Part shown: positions 1 to 12,647 of the stretch, in pieces | Layout of the letters: every line of letters begins with the position of its first letter | How positions within the stretch are numbered: the stretch's first letter is position 1 | NCBI GenBank assembly: GCA_026025075.1 | Contig: JAPEUI010000098.1 | Span: forward strand, 1-60,768 | From: Vezdaea acicularis | Lineage: Eukaryota | Length of the DNA: 60,768 nucleotides | Direction of reading: 5' to 3' | The notes under the pieces: generated by a model | Databases searched by the model: none | What the model saw: the letters and a program-made list of their open reading frames with translations, nothing else | Told to the model about the DNA's origin: nothing | Translations under genes and position numbers: made by a program

Positions 1-1250
1 GGGGGGGGGGGGTAGCGGGGGGCACGAGACTTCATACTTGCGGAGGCGGCCTCAGTGTGACTGTTGTTCGGCCCTGATAACGTAGTGTGCTGCCTTAGAG
101 ATGCCTACAGATTAAGAGCCTAGCTCGCGGCATCCCGAAGAACAATGTCCGTCCAGCCCCGAAATACATGTAATCCTCCAATTCCCAGACGCGGGGCCTA
201 TCAGATGCGGCTAACAGCCAAGATGTCGGGAAATCTTCAGCCACACGTACCTGTAACAGACCCTGCCCTGGCATAGCCTAGGGCTAGCATAGCGTCATCA
301 AGCCCTACTGTCGTCGTAAGCAGACACGGATTGGATACTACAGGTACGCGGGGAGAGGAGCGAGTGTTTTGGAAAGGCAACCACTTACATGGAGTGTCGG
401 AAGGCTAAAGCCCGGTCACTTTACCTCCGACCCTCAGCCACTGCATGCCAACATTCGGGCAAACCGCATGCAGAATTGTGCGGCGGGAAGCTACATTCCC
501 GAGTCACTCTCAAACGTGGAGAAAGGGCTCAGCAAGACATGAGAAATCCGGTTGACCCGATTCAGAGGACCAAGATCCTCTGGCCCCATAATTGAGTCAA
601 GCGGTCCAGAGAAGGGAATTCGAAGTTCGGACGACTTGTCAGCCCTGCTAGAGTTCGGATAGACCATGTCAACGATCGGCGACCAGCCCGAATCGAGCCT
701 TTCCCGGTCCGGCATATCAAGTCGAACCTGCATTGACCGTCAGGGCAGAGGTTAGACTGGCCGCGCGGGGAGAGTGCAAGAGGGAGGGTGGTTGCAGGCA
801 TCTGCCACGAGGTCAACCTTGTGAAGGTAGAGAGAGGAAAATAGAATAATGGAAGGGACAGAAGACAGCAGGCTTCTAACTCGAACTGGCGTGGTGGCCG
901 GGCAGTGGCCTGTTGTTGGTCCGATTAAAAAGAAGAAAGATGGGGGCCAAACGGCCCCAGGAAGCCCTAGCGTGGAGCGAGCTGCGAGCTGCTGAAGCAA
1001 AACTCAAATTTCGGTCCGCTGTGTTTATACTCGAGAAGGAAAACCCTCGTCTCGAGTTGTCCCCTTGGAGGCAACGCTGATCTACTTGATAGCAGGCAAC
1101 CAGGGCTATCGATGTCGTTGCGTACTCGGCCCGTACACGTGAGGTTGCAGCCCGTCAGCATTTGGCGATCCGCTGCAGGCAAGCTTAGACGCGACCTCAC
1201 TAGGCGGAGTAGCCGACCTGACGAAAGGCACACGACGCCCCGTGCGGCAC

Positions 1251-1303
1251 GGGCTAGGACAGCTTAGGACATCTTAGGACATCTCAGGACAAGTCCTGAG
1301 ATG
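1251..1303. repeat. Four 10-bp tandem units ending in AGGAC, the last forming an 11-bp hairpin
   Basis: gggctaggac agcttaggac atcttaggac atctcaggac, with CATCTCAGGAC-aa-GTCCTGAGATG at 1280-1303. Confidence 0.7.
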
Positions 1304-2682
1304 GGATAATAGCCCTTCATTGGGCCACTGACGACCTCCCTGAGCTCCCTGTCTGTCGGTGGGAAGGTGAGCGACCAGCGCCAAAGTCAACCCAGTTTCA
1401 AGATCGTGACCTTCCCAGCTGAAAGGCCATGAATGACTCGTGAATGGACCATGGGCGGCTGATCTAGCCTCTTGGTCCTTCGCGATCGTTGAACTCATCA
1501 CGAAATCGAGGCTCCCATCGCTTTCATGTCCTATCGAGGATCTTTTGGGACGGATCTATGCCCGCAATCGGTCGACCAATCGAGATGTGGTCGACTTACT
1601 GGCGATTCTCGCTCGCCGTTTGGACGAGCACCGGCTGAGGGCTGATGGGAAATGTGACCGCCCACGCATGAGATACTTTTTCAGGCCTTCAGGATCAATT
1701 CCTTACCACCAACTTTGTTGAAGTCACGCTGATGGGCTGATGAGCTGTATCTTGCTGAGCAATTGACGGAGGCGGAGCATGTGGCACGGTCGAGCTCGAG
1801 CTTACATCGTTTCGTGCAGTGCTGTGGCAGAAGCGCGTGACCTCGCGTCTCGGTCGCATTTAGCCGGCGCGCCCGTCGCGTCTCCCTCGACAAGCGCCCA
1901 GTGTTCGCTTCGCCTCTTGCTTGACGGCCGAACTTGAGGATCCCGATCACGTAAGTGACGTCAGGAAGTATGGAATGTAGTTCTGTATTTATGCTCTTAG
2001 TAATAAATTGAGCCAAATTTTACGATTTATACCTCATAGACTAAAAGTTACTCCATCGCTCATCGAGGATTCGGGGTTTTGGTGTGTGCGCACCGTTTAC
2101 CGGGGAATATTATGGACCTCTTTTACACGAAATCTCACTTCAATATCAGACATGTCTGCCAAACGCATGCTTCACAACCTTAGGTGCATTGCTTTGGTGA
2201 CTTCTAGACCTTCTATTTGACGAGGTACAAAGGCCTGATCTTAACCTTGGCCAAGTCTCGCGCATATGAACCAGAGGGCCCCAATTTAGAAGGAAAATCG
2301 AGGTGGGGTCTTTAGTTGATCCTGGAGCAATGTTGAAGGGCCGAATGCGCCTTTGCATCCAGTGTGCTGCTACCCAAATGTCCATGAAGGCAAATTGGGC
2401 AAATTCGTGGTTGTGCAGCGCGCTACTGTCAACGCGTAGTGGGCCATCATCAAACAGCTCCATATGGTCTAACGTCGCCTCGGCAAAGCAAGACACGCTC
2501 GCGCCTTCACACGCTACTACGTCGACGCCTTCAAATTGAACTTTGCTCTATCAGACCTGGACGCGCCCAGGAAACGCTTGGCTCATCACCGATTGTATAC
2601 TTGCTAACCCAATATCTCAACCCCAATCGTCTCGCGATCCCCTTCATTCTTTCGTTCTCTATTGCCAAATGTTGCATTGATC

Positions 2683-4671
2683 ATGAGCGATCCGGTCCCG
2701 CCGTCTTCGGCGCCGCACGCACAATCCAGCTTTAGCTCTGACTCTTCTAATGGCACTTACGCCTTCATAGTACATTCACAGAATACTTTGCCTCAGAATC
2801 TACCACCTAATGTCGACAATAAAGCTCTCGCTCGCCAAAAACGAAGACGGACAAGGTACGCGTGCAATTCTTATTGTTGAACTTTCGGCGTGTATCACCA
2901 ACACCGTCTTGATGTGACGCACGCGACACACCATGAGAGTGTTTTAGTGTTCTCCTATTAGTTATAAAGCTAAGGTCCGATTTTATGTAGTGCCGAAGAT
3001 CAAGCAAGACTGGAAGCATACTTCGCGGCCAACCATAAGCCTGATAAAGCTGCAAGATTAGAGATAGTTAAAGAAGTATCCCTGGGCGAGAAGGAAGTCC
3101 AGGTTAGTACTATCTTGGTGTCTTCTATCAACCCCTCTGCTGGAAGTTCCTATCTACATTTATCGAGGAATATCTGTCGGGATCTATCTTTCGCTACTGG
3201 CAGACAATTTCTCTGGTCGCTGCATTTTACTGATACCTGTTGCTCAATATGCCTCGAGCTGACCTCTTCCATCTTCTAGATCTGGTTCCAAAACAGGCGT
3301 CAGACTACACGGCGGAAGAATAAGCCGCTCACCTATGAGACGATCCCATCGCTCCAATCAAGCTTTAGCTCCGTAAATACAGACGACGTGAGATCCTCAC
3401 AACCCTCCTCGGAGGAGAACAGCTCTCAAGAACCCATGACAGTAACGACCCAACTTGGTAATCACCAAAACAGCTCTTTCACTCTTTTGGAATCTCAAGA
3501 CTCCATATCGTCATCCCAAGCCTCAATGGTCGACGCGCCCCATTCACAGCCCCTCCAAGCGGTTAGGCCGAACGGTTGCCCGACGGCACGACCTGAGATT
3601 TCGTTCGAGGCCCCCAAATCCTACATCCAATCCCACGTTTTCCCTCCTGTCTTACCTCGTCCGACAGCCTCGAAGCCTGGCTACCTATCAAATCGCCGTT
3701 TGAGACAAAACACATCTCAAGACTTGCCCGCTCTGTCAGCACTCCCAAATATTACAAAATTCTCCAATCCAGATGTCAGCAAACCCAAACCCCCGGCTCC
3801 ATTCCTGGAAGAATCAACATCACCCAACGTGCGTCTATCTTTATCATTGGAAGGCAAAGCGCGAGTGATTACAGGTGACGATGTTTCGCCTCCCAGACGT
3901 CGCCCGCTTCAGCGAAGTCAAAGCGCGGTAGCCGTTGGAGGTCGTGCAGCCGAGTCGATTTTGTCCATGCCCCGCACTACCTCAAGCGGTCGTTCTCGGG
4001 ATTCGCGAACATGGGAATTCTACTGCGACAGTGAAGCTCGTGACGCATTGTCTGCCAATGCTCAGAGAGAGCAAAATGGAAATGCAGCTGGGGCCATTGG
4101 TTTGATCCGGTCTCGAAGTACGAATGCATTGCAGCAATCTACGACTAAGCGGAATGCTGGAGCTATCGATGCAAAACCCGCAAAACGCGTTAAGCTTGAT
4201 CTGAAAGACAAACCCAAACTTCAACGCGCATCATCTTCGCTCGCTCGCCTCCAAACATCGTCCGCCGATTCACTGAAGCCGAAGAAGCTCAAGTCGAGCC
4301 TTTCACAAATTCGGAAAGTTAACGACGATTCTGACAAAGAGAACTGGATCCCTGGTTCTCAGCAAGCTCCTTTATCACGTCGAAGGCATCTGCCAAAGGA
4401 TCAATTCGATCGCCAAAGCCAAAACATCCTCAAAGAAAACAAACACGTACCGAGCAATAGTGGAAGTTTTGGCGCGGCAATCGATAGTGCAGTCACGACA
4501 CCCCGTCGGAGCGGTAAATCTGGCATAGTAAAGATTTTCGAGGATAGTGGTGCTCAGGCGCTCGATCCAAGGAGCTCATCACAAACAACGGCATCTTGCA
4601 TGACAGGCCAAGAAGAAGAGGACATAGAATGTGTGAACACTCTCCTTTCCTTGAGCCAAGGTTACATGTGA
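2683..4671 (+). CDS. YOX1: Homeodomain transcription factor, Yox1-like (exons 2683-2855, 2991-3102, 3280-4671)
   Basis: Splicing at GTACGC..TAG and GTTAGT..TAG gives an intact homeodomain RQKRRRTSAEDQARLEAYFAANHKPDKAARLEIVKEVSLGEKEVQIWFQNRRQ. A Ser/Pro-rich tail follows with WEFYCDS and ends in LLSLSQG. The Yox1 label is a resemblance call. Confidence 0.85.
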
Positions 4672-5708
4672 TAGGCTCGAGCTTGGTCAAACATGTGGGT
4701 CTCTCTTGATTCTCAAGCGCGAGGCAGATTCTAATGGAGCTGGGCGGGACGGGAAGGACGTGGTATGTGAGTTTGGGCGTATCTTCATGCACATCTGGGT
4801 TTTCAAGATGTGGCACAGTCCATGGTCAGGTCTGGCCAGGCTGATTTTTTCCGTCCTTGTTGGCGCATGACTGAACAGTTCGTCCAGTCATATTGGATTG
4901 TGGAGAAGTTTGGTAGTGTCGATGATTAGATCACCAAAAAAACCATTACCCATTATCCCGCAGTGTCTGTGGTTCATTGCGGGTGAGAATCGGAGTATTT
5001 GTCACGGCCTCGCTTACTGACGGGATCTACTATACCATGAGATAGCCCGAAATCTACTCCCGTACATGCAGCACAAATGAACCTAAGTGCAGTGCAGAGA
5101 CTTGGACCTTTAACTCATGCGAAGAGGTCCTCATACATCCACTAGACTAGGATTTGATAGGCGCATCATAGAGGGTACTTTCTTGAGCCCAGAGTACGTA
5201 CTACCCTGGGATGTCAAACACTTATTCTGCGATTTGATACGTGAATGCGTGAGCTCTTATATTCGTTCTAGGCGTTATTGGGCTACATTCTATTTCAGAC
5301 AGGCCCTCCCGTCTTGTCCAGCTCGTCAAGAATGAGAGAATTGAAAAGTTTTCTTTCAAGCGTCATTGACGAAATGCTTATCAGTTTCCAATCCATACAA
5401 TGTTTCTTGCGGCAACATTTTGTATAAGAAATCTTCTTAGGACATGGCTTTGGCCATGTATCGGCTGGTCTCTCTTCAGTATCTCATTTGCTACATTTTC
5501 TCTGCTTCACTTATGCCCTTGCTAAATTCACCATCCTCGCGAGCAAGCATACATCTCCAACCACGCACTATCAGCATATCTCTATCTAGCGTCTCGATCA
5601 TGTAGCATGAAGCTGACTGTCGAAGTAAAGAATTTCTCTTCACAAGTCATACCTTAATTATCCCTAATATCCTAAATTCACCCTTAATTTCTTAAAAACC
5701 CTATAATC

Positions 5709-7604
5709 ATGCTTCGCAGCGCACTTCGCAAGAATGGCCAAACTCCGCATATCTGCATCGTTGGTGCGGGTATCGCGGGCTTGCGGTGCGCCGACGTTCT
5801 CCTCAAGAAGAACTTTAAGATCACCATCTTGGAAGGCCGAGACAGGATAGGCGGGAGGGTGAGTGTTTTCCGGCGGAGCCTTTGTTGTCTAGCTTCCATT
5901 TGTGCATCTTAAGTGCTGCTGTGAGATGCGAAATCATCGAGAGACGACAGAGACTGGAAAGGGGCTGAGTTAGAGCAGGTCTATCAAAATCATGCACTGG
6001 GAACCCCCCTCGATATGTGAGTTTCATAATTCATTTGATAAGATTAAAGTGATTCTCTCCGTGGATGCTCGAAGTAATGCATATTGGTTCCGTAATCCTG
6101 TTCAGGAGGACTTCGACCTCTGATATTAACTAAGCCTGTGACTGACACTCTACCAATAGGGGAGCGAACTGGGTCCATGGCACGGAGAACAACCCAATCG
6201 CAGACATCGCCATAGAAACGAAGAGCATGTCAAAAGAACCTCAAGACAGCCACGACGGCCAAAGCGTTTTCGACTCCGAAGGTCGGCTGATAGAAAAGAG
6301 CCTCGGCAACCGCTATTCCGAGAAGATGTGGAGTGTAATTGAGGAAGCTTTTGCCTATAGCACCAAGAATGGCGCCTCGATAGATTCGAGGACAAGCCTG
6401 TACGATTTCTTTGTTGAGAAAGCCGCGGAACTAGATAGCAAGGAGGGCGCGCTAAAGAGCGAGGCACCGAATGGACATATGCTCGATCAACCATCACTTA
6501 ATCAGCTCACATTACTCCAAGTCGCCGAGCTGTGGGGTGCATACGTTGGAGATGACGTCCGCCGGCAGAGCTTGAAATACTTCTGGCTCGAAGAAGTGAT
6601 CGACGGCGGTACTCATCCCTTGCACTCCCTCTCCTGAGCCTTTTGGAACACCACTAACGACTCCTCCAGAAAACGTCTTCCTCACCTCTTCCTACAGCAA
6701 GATCCTCGCACATATCGCTCGGCCCGCATTAGAAAAAGCAGATATCCGCTTCAACACAGTCGTGACATCAATCATCTCACCCTCTCCGAACTCTCTGACC
6801 CAGAAAGTGGCTCTTTACACATCTTCCACGCCTCCGCTTGAGTTTGATGACGTGGTGCTCACCTGCCCCCTCGGATGGCTGAAGCGGAATACTCGCGCTT
6901 TCACCCCACCACTGCCCAGCCCTCTAGAGAAAGCAATTCTTGGGATTGGCTATGGACGGCTAGAAAAATGCTATATCGGCTTCTCCCAGCCGTGGTGGCG
7001 CAAGAGCGACCCCGAGTCCACGGAGCCGGAGAAGAGCCAGCTCGCCTCAAGCATCCAATGGCTATCGCCTTCTTACGCCCCTGAAACAAACCCAGAGCGC
7101 TGGTCAATCCAAGCCATGGACCTGTCGGCCCTCCCTCCACCCCCCTCGCCCCCATCCAACACGTCCACCCCCGGCCCCGAACCAAACGCCACTATCCTCT
7201 TCTATACCACTGGCGCCTGCTCCACATACCTCGTATCAACCACCGCGCCCCTCTCCCCTGAAGAGCGCACCGCCTTCCTCCTCTCCTTCTTCAGGCCCTA
7301 CATCGCCCTCCTTCCGCACTACAGCCCCCATAATCCGGCCTGCAAACCCACCGGCGTCCTCGCCACGGCGTGGTCCGCCGACGACTTGGCTGGGAACGGG
7401 AGCTACAGCAACTTCCCTGTCGGTTTGGAAAAGGGTGATGAGCTGATCGAGCGTATGAGGGAAGGCATGCCGCAACGCAGGGTGTGGCTTGCTGGGGAGC
7501 ATACGAGTCCGTTTGTGGCGTTGGGGACGGTTACGGGGGCGTGGTGGGCGGGAGAGGGTGTTGCGGAGAGAATTGGGGAGGCGTATGGTGGGAATGTAGA
7601 GTAG
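5709..7604 (+). CDS. Flavin-containing amine oxidase (polyamine-oxidase/MAO family); exons ~5709-5858, 5979-6016, 6160-6608, 6670-7604
   Basis: FAD-binding IVGAGIAGL and EGRDRIGGR; spliced DMGANWVHG; C-terminal GSYS and AGEHTSPFVALGTVTGAWWAGE. Confidence 0.92.
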
Positions 7605-7942
7605 GGAGGGATAGAGAATGGCAAGAGGTTGATGTGATTATATGAAGTGTCGCAGACATAGGGATTGGAGCAAATTTGAATTGGCTTCTGGTGCGTATTG
7701 GGTAGATGGTGGGGGAGGTCATTCTGGGATTTTTACATCCTTTTGCATATCTACCTGCAGAACAGGATCGTCGGCGAAGTGGCTACCTCTTACCGGGTCT
7801 CTCCCCCATTTACGGCGGGCGGCCTTGTAGGTGTAAATGAGTAGGATAAGATTATTGTTGCCCGTAAAGTATAACAGAAAATCAGATCAACACAGGTAAA
7901 CTTCCTATGAGTATGATCTACTATATGCGGGTCGCTTTATCG

Positions 7943-9211
7943 TTAGACATTCCGTGAGCTCCGTCGAACTATTCCACTGTTATTACCGACTCCAACACCA
8001 TCAAAGTCATCATCCTCTTCTGATCTTCGCCGCTCAGTAGCTGATGCCGCTTCGACAAACTCTGCTTCATCGGCAGCCTCTATCTCCTCAGGCGGTGTTT
8101 TCGGACGAGGGCACATCTTGATATTAGGGGGAAGGTTTTTAGTGGAGAGATAGGTGTGATTCTTCGAATCTTCCATCATATTTCGATGAAGCTTTTCAGC
8201 TTCATTTAGATATTCGGATAATGTCTCATGAGAGATTGTGATTGTCGTAGCTTTGTCTTCTTGGGACACATCCTGAAGGCCTAAACTCGCAAAATCTTCT
8301 AAACGGAGAACAAAATTCCCTGGACTGGTATCTCCATTCACATAACGGAATATCTACGAAATTAGCTATTTATCAATAGTTTGGACGTTGTGAAAAGAGC
8401 AGCTCACCTCATTTGATACCTGCTTTGACTTTAGATAGGTCACATCGTCCGCTACAACAATGTCTCGTTGCCATTTCATGACTCGTGCTTCTCTTGTACC
8501 TCGATATTCTATATCAATGCCAACAACTGTTCCAATGTTACCAAGGGATCCAACAATATAATCGTCTGCTAATTGTGATAGGTTTTTTTTGCTCTGTCCA
8601 TAGGACACTTCGATTATCAACGGCGGTGGGCCTCTGTCATGACACCACTGTATGTCTGGAGAGCGCTTGTCTTTCTGGGTATCTTGCAACAATACATCTG
8701 ATGAACCAGTAAAATAAAGCTGCTTAGCAATGGCTGCACCAGCCAGTCCTGTCCGGCGACGAATGGCGTCCAGCTGAACTTGAATATTAAAGCTCACTTG
8801 ATTAAGTAAAACTTCATGAATGGTAGTCGGCATACGGAAGATGAGTTTGTGTCGTCTAGAGTCCCAGTCGTATCTACTATTATTAGCCTCGAATATCTGA
8901 CAAGACTGAAGGGTTGTGGAGAGGATTGACACATACCGTACTTTGTTATCTACGTAAGCCTTGAGATACTTATCCTTCTTTAGCAGGGTCTCAAAGTCGT
9001 CGTATTCTTCTACGGACAAGTTGATTGCATTCCAAGGCTTATCCCAAGCTAGAGGGATGGATCCATTTTTGCGTGCTTGGAGGTATTCTATTATCTCTGT
9101 CACCTGGTTAGAAACCTTTCCAACAGATTCTGGCGGAGACGGTGGCAGTATTGATTTATCGGATTCCTTCGATAAATTTTGTTTCGCAGGGGTTCGGACA
9201 TGAGGCATCAC
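7943..9211 (-). CDS. Hypothetical protein with a PD-(D/E)XK / Uma2-like restriction-endonuclease fold; 2 introns (~8875-8936, ~8354-8407)
   Basis: Canonical introns (GTATGT..GCTAAT..TAG; GTGAGC..GCTAAT..TAG) join ORFs 8366-9211 and 7943-8341. Motif run MPTxxHE..GSSD..SPD..PPLIIEVSYGQS..L..LAxxYI. Confidence 0.65.
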
Positions 9212-9494
9212 GATAGTGGGCTTGTAGCTATGAAAGATCGTGGTTGAGAGGGGAGAAGTGGTAGGATCGGCTATAAAGAGAGCTGGGAATCGTGATTAGA
9301 TAATCGCCAAACCGCTTCGAGCACTCTCTGATAAAGAATGTTAGTCACGTTGCGATACATCTCAACTTTCTTTGAACTTATTCAGAGGTGGAGAAGAGTT
9401 CGTGCTACAGTTCAAGTAATAAAGCTGCTTAACCGGCTATGCAAATCCCTGCCCAAGACTCCGTAGCATACCCTGCCCAATGCAACAAAGAACA

Positions 9495-10558
9495 CTAGGG
9501 TAACGCTCTCATAACCCCCTCAAATGCCACAAGCGCCACGGCATTCGCCGGAAATGCGCGCAGAAAGCATGGCAAGAATCCTCTCCAGTATCCACGCCAC
9601 CCGCTCTCCCTATACACCCCCCTTGCTGCATCCCGCCAGGTCCAGAACTTCCGCCGGTCTCGCTCCAGTGAGTCAGTCATGATGCGCTGCTTGACTACGT
9701 CGCTCGGGTAGCTCGTTATCCAAAAGATCTGTGCGCTCAATCCGCCGGCCCAGAAATTCATAGCAGGGGCTGAGAGGTTGGGCAGGTTTGTTTGGATGAC
9801 TTTGGTAAAGACGTCGTACGAGCCCCACCAGAAGAAGAAGAAAGAGCGGAAGAGCAGCGTCGCGCCTAGCCCATGGTATAGCCCTGCTAGGCCGTGACCG
9901 CGGTACAGCTTACGCGCGCAATCGATCGGTCCGCTGTAGAGGCGTTGACGTTTGTCGGATGAGTATTGAATCTGTAGGCGTGCCTTTATATGTTCGACGG
10001 GTGCAGCGATGAAGGATACCGTCCAGCCAGCCATTACGCCAGCAAAGGCATGGCCCAGAGGCGGGAGAGCTGTGATTGGCGTGCCCACTGAGGGGAAGCC
10101 CTGGGGAGAAGGGGAGAGCGGGGAAGGATTGAAGACGCTTTCATGAAGGAGGCGCCGGTAGAAGGTCAAACTGCCCAGCATGACACTGTCCATAAACATC
10201 CATCCAACCAGCGGTGGGGTTGCACCTTTGTAAAGGCCGCGGATGCCTTCATGGCGGAGGGTCTGGAGGAGGCAGTCAAGCGGGCCGCGAAATTGGGTGG
10301 ACCGGGAGGTCTGAAGACGTACTTTTATGGTGTCGAAAGGATGGCCGACTGTAAAGGGGGAGATTAACTCGATTTTTGGATTGACTAGCTTCTGTATTTA
10401 CCGCTAAGCTTGGCAATGCCAGAGAAGACACCGCCGACGAAGCCCTTATAGTTCTGATGTACGGTCTGTACCGGCGGGCTCGAGCGAGGCGTTGTGGAAG
10501 TGCCGTTGTGCTGGTCGATATTCCGTTCTCCGTTAGTCGCTCCAGCGGTTGCGGACAT
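9495..10558 (-). CDS. Mitochondrial carrier (SLC25; carnitine/ornithine/YMC1-like); 1 intron ~10351-10401
   Basis: Three PX[DE]XX[KR] signatures (HPFDTIKVRLQ, APVEHIKARLQ, YPSDVVKQRIM). N-terminal exon MSATAG..YKGFVGGVFSGIAKLS. Confidence 0.93.
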
Positions 10559-11028
10559 GAGCCCAATGTTTCAATATTTGAAGAGAAGACGGTTAATTTT
10601 GAGAAATCATCTCAAAGAGGTTTGAGAAGAAGAGAATGCATCGCGAGAAACAGGCCTCACAAGGGATCTTGAGGTAGGAGATGGAGTAAGCAACATTCGG
10701 AGTTAAGCTCTTCGAAGAGGTATGTATCCTCCGTCATCAGAGCCTGAGATCTTGCGCTAGTGAGCTGCAACCCTAGTCAATTATCCCTGTAGACAAGCCA
10801 TTTGGAGACACCGCCTTGGCAGAACGAGCTTCGTATTGGTCAGCCACGGCTACTGCGAAAACGTGGTGGCACGGCACTATTTTACAAGATTTTGGTTGCG
10901 CGATATAAGACCGAGCCTTTGGAATCGATGAGGCTCAGCCAGTCTCATACATGTATGATGCCGTGCCGAAAGCCACTATAGGCCGATAAATCTCCTTTGT
11001 CTAATTACATAATAAACATATCCCCGCC

Positions 11029-12087
11029 ATGGATAAGCAAGCGTCTGCAAAACCGGATGCGACTAGGGTTGTTGATTCAAGGAAAGGTAAAAGGTTGCCC
11101 AACTTTATGATACGCTTTACTAAGAGATGGGTAGTCTGGACAACGCTTATTACCAACACGAAATACCTCTCCGGTCTACTCACACTCGATCACTCCCTCA
11201 AGAAGCATAAGAGCAAGTATCCATTGGTTGCTCTTTACACGGACACATTTCCGCCAGAGGGGCATGCGGCTCTCGATCTACGGAAGATACCAAAGAAATA
11301 TGTTAAATATCTTTTGCCTTCAGTGCATAAAGATTACAGCGCCGATGCTCGATTCTATGACTGCTGGAGCAAGCTCACGCCCTTTTCTCTGACCGAGTAT
11401 GACCGTGTCGTTCAACTGGACAGCGATATGTTAGTGTTGCAGAATATGGATGAACTAATGGAATTAGAGCTGGATCCACCAAGCATGGAGGGAAAAGGTG
11501 ATAGGGTATTCGGCGCAAGCCATGCATGCGTCTGTAACCCTTTGAAGAAGCCCCATTACCCGAAAGACTGGTGAGCCGGCGTCTCCTATTGTCTCCGCTT
11601 CTGTTCAAGTGTTGACTTGGTGAGTAGGATTCCAGAGAACTGCGCTTTTACGACACAACATAGCTACCCAGACCTTGCGCAGAAGGAGGGTGCTTCACCA
11701 ATAGCTGGCTTAGGGATCATGAACGGTGGTGCCATTGTGGTGAATCCGTCTACAGCCGTATACAACTTGATAGGGTCTCAACTCGCCAACCCGTCCGCTA
11801 CAGATAGCTATGAATTTGCTGACCAGTCGCTGTTGTCAGACCTTTTCCGAGGGCGGTGGGTCGGTCTACCATATATTTACAACGCCCTGAAAACGCTGAG
11901 GTGGCCTGACGTACATTCGCAAATATGGAGGGATGAGAGCGTAAAGAATATACACTACATCCTTGCGCCAAAGCCATGGGACGAAAGGCCTGGTTCAGAG
12001 AGTGAAGAGACTCATCTCTGGTGGAGAAAGGATAACGAGGAGAGGATAGCTGAGGAGAAATTGACTGGCGTTGATGATGGCTTCTGA
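11029..12087 (+). CDS. Glycosyltransferase family 8 (glycogenin-like)
   Basis: WSKL..YDRVVQLDSDML (DxD), HACVCNP, FADQSLL, YIYNALK, HYILAPKPW. Introns ~11087-11134 and 11571-11627. Confidence 0.92.
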
Positions 12088-12647
12088 GCGTATACTATCG
12101 ATTGGATAGAAGCTAGCCAAAGTAGCTGAGTCCACTGGGTGCGAGGGAGTCGAAAAGCTTATGGAGTCCTTATTCGGCGGCCCTCCCCTTACGATAGTGC
12201 ATGCAGAACAGCTAGATCGTGCAGACCCGAATGGGCGATTATTCGAAAAATTGTCCGGGCTTTCCGCACCTACCCGGCGCCCAGGCTACTCACAGTATAA
12301 ATGAGGCCTTTTCGTAACTTTAGGATTTCACTGGATAACACGATCGCGCCCAATTTAGACCAGCAACGATCTTGCTAAGACATACTAGGCCGCACAAAAA
12401 CGTGCGGAATCGAGACGTGAAAGCGAAGGATTTCTGGTAAGGTTTTGGCCGCAGGATTCACTTGCAGCAAGCGGCGCGATAGTGGGGCAACGTGTTTCTG
12501 ATCTCATAGCCCCACCATTTCTACCTGGCGAGCGACTTTTGTTGGCGATCTCTACCGCAACAGTACCACCAAACATAGTGAATTCTTCAATTTCACTGAA
12601 AGCTCTCTAAACGTTCAAGTTCATTCTTCTGACTAATCGCCGCCATC

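Noticed and set aside
1210..1780. CTGACGA (1218) and CTGATGA (1737) as hammerhead ribozyme cores
   Set aside because: Neither is followed by stem II and GAAA with suitable flanking helices.
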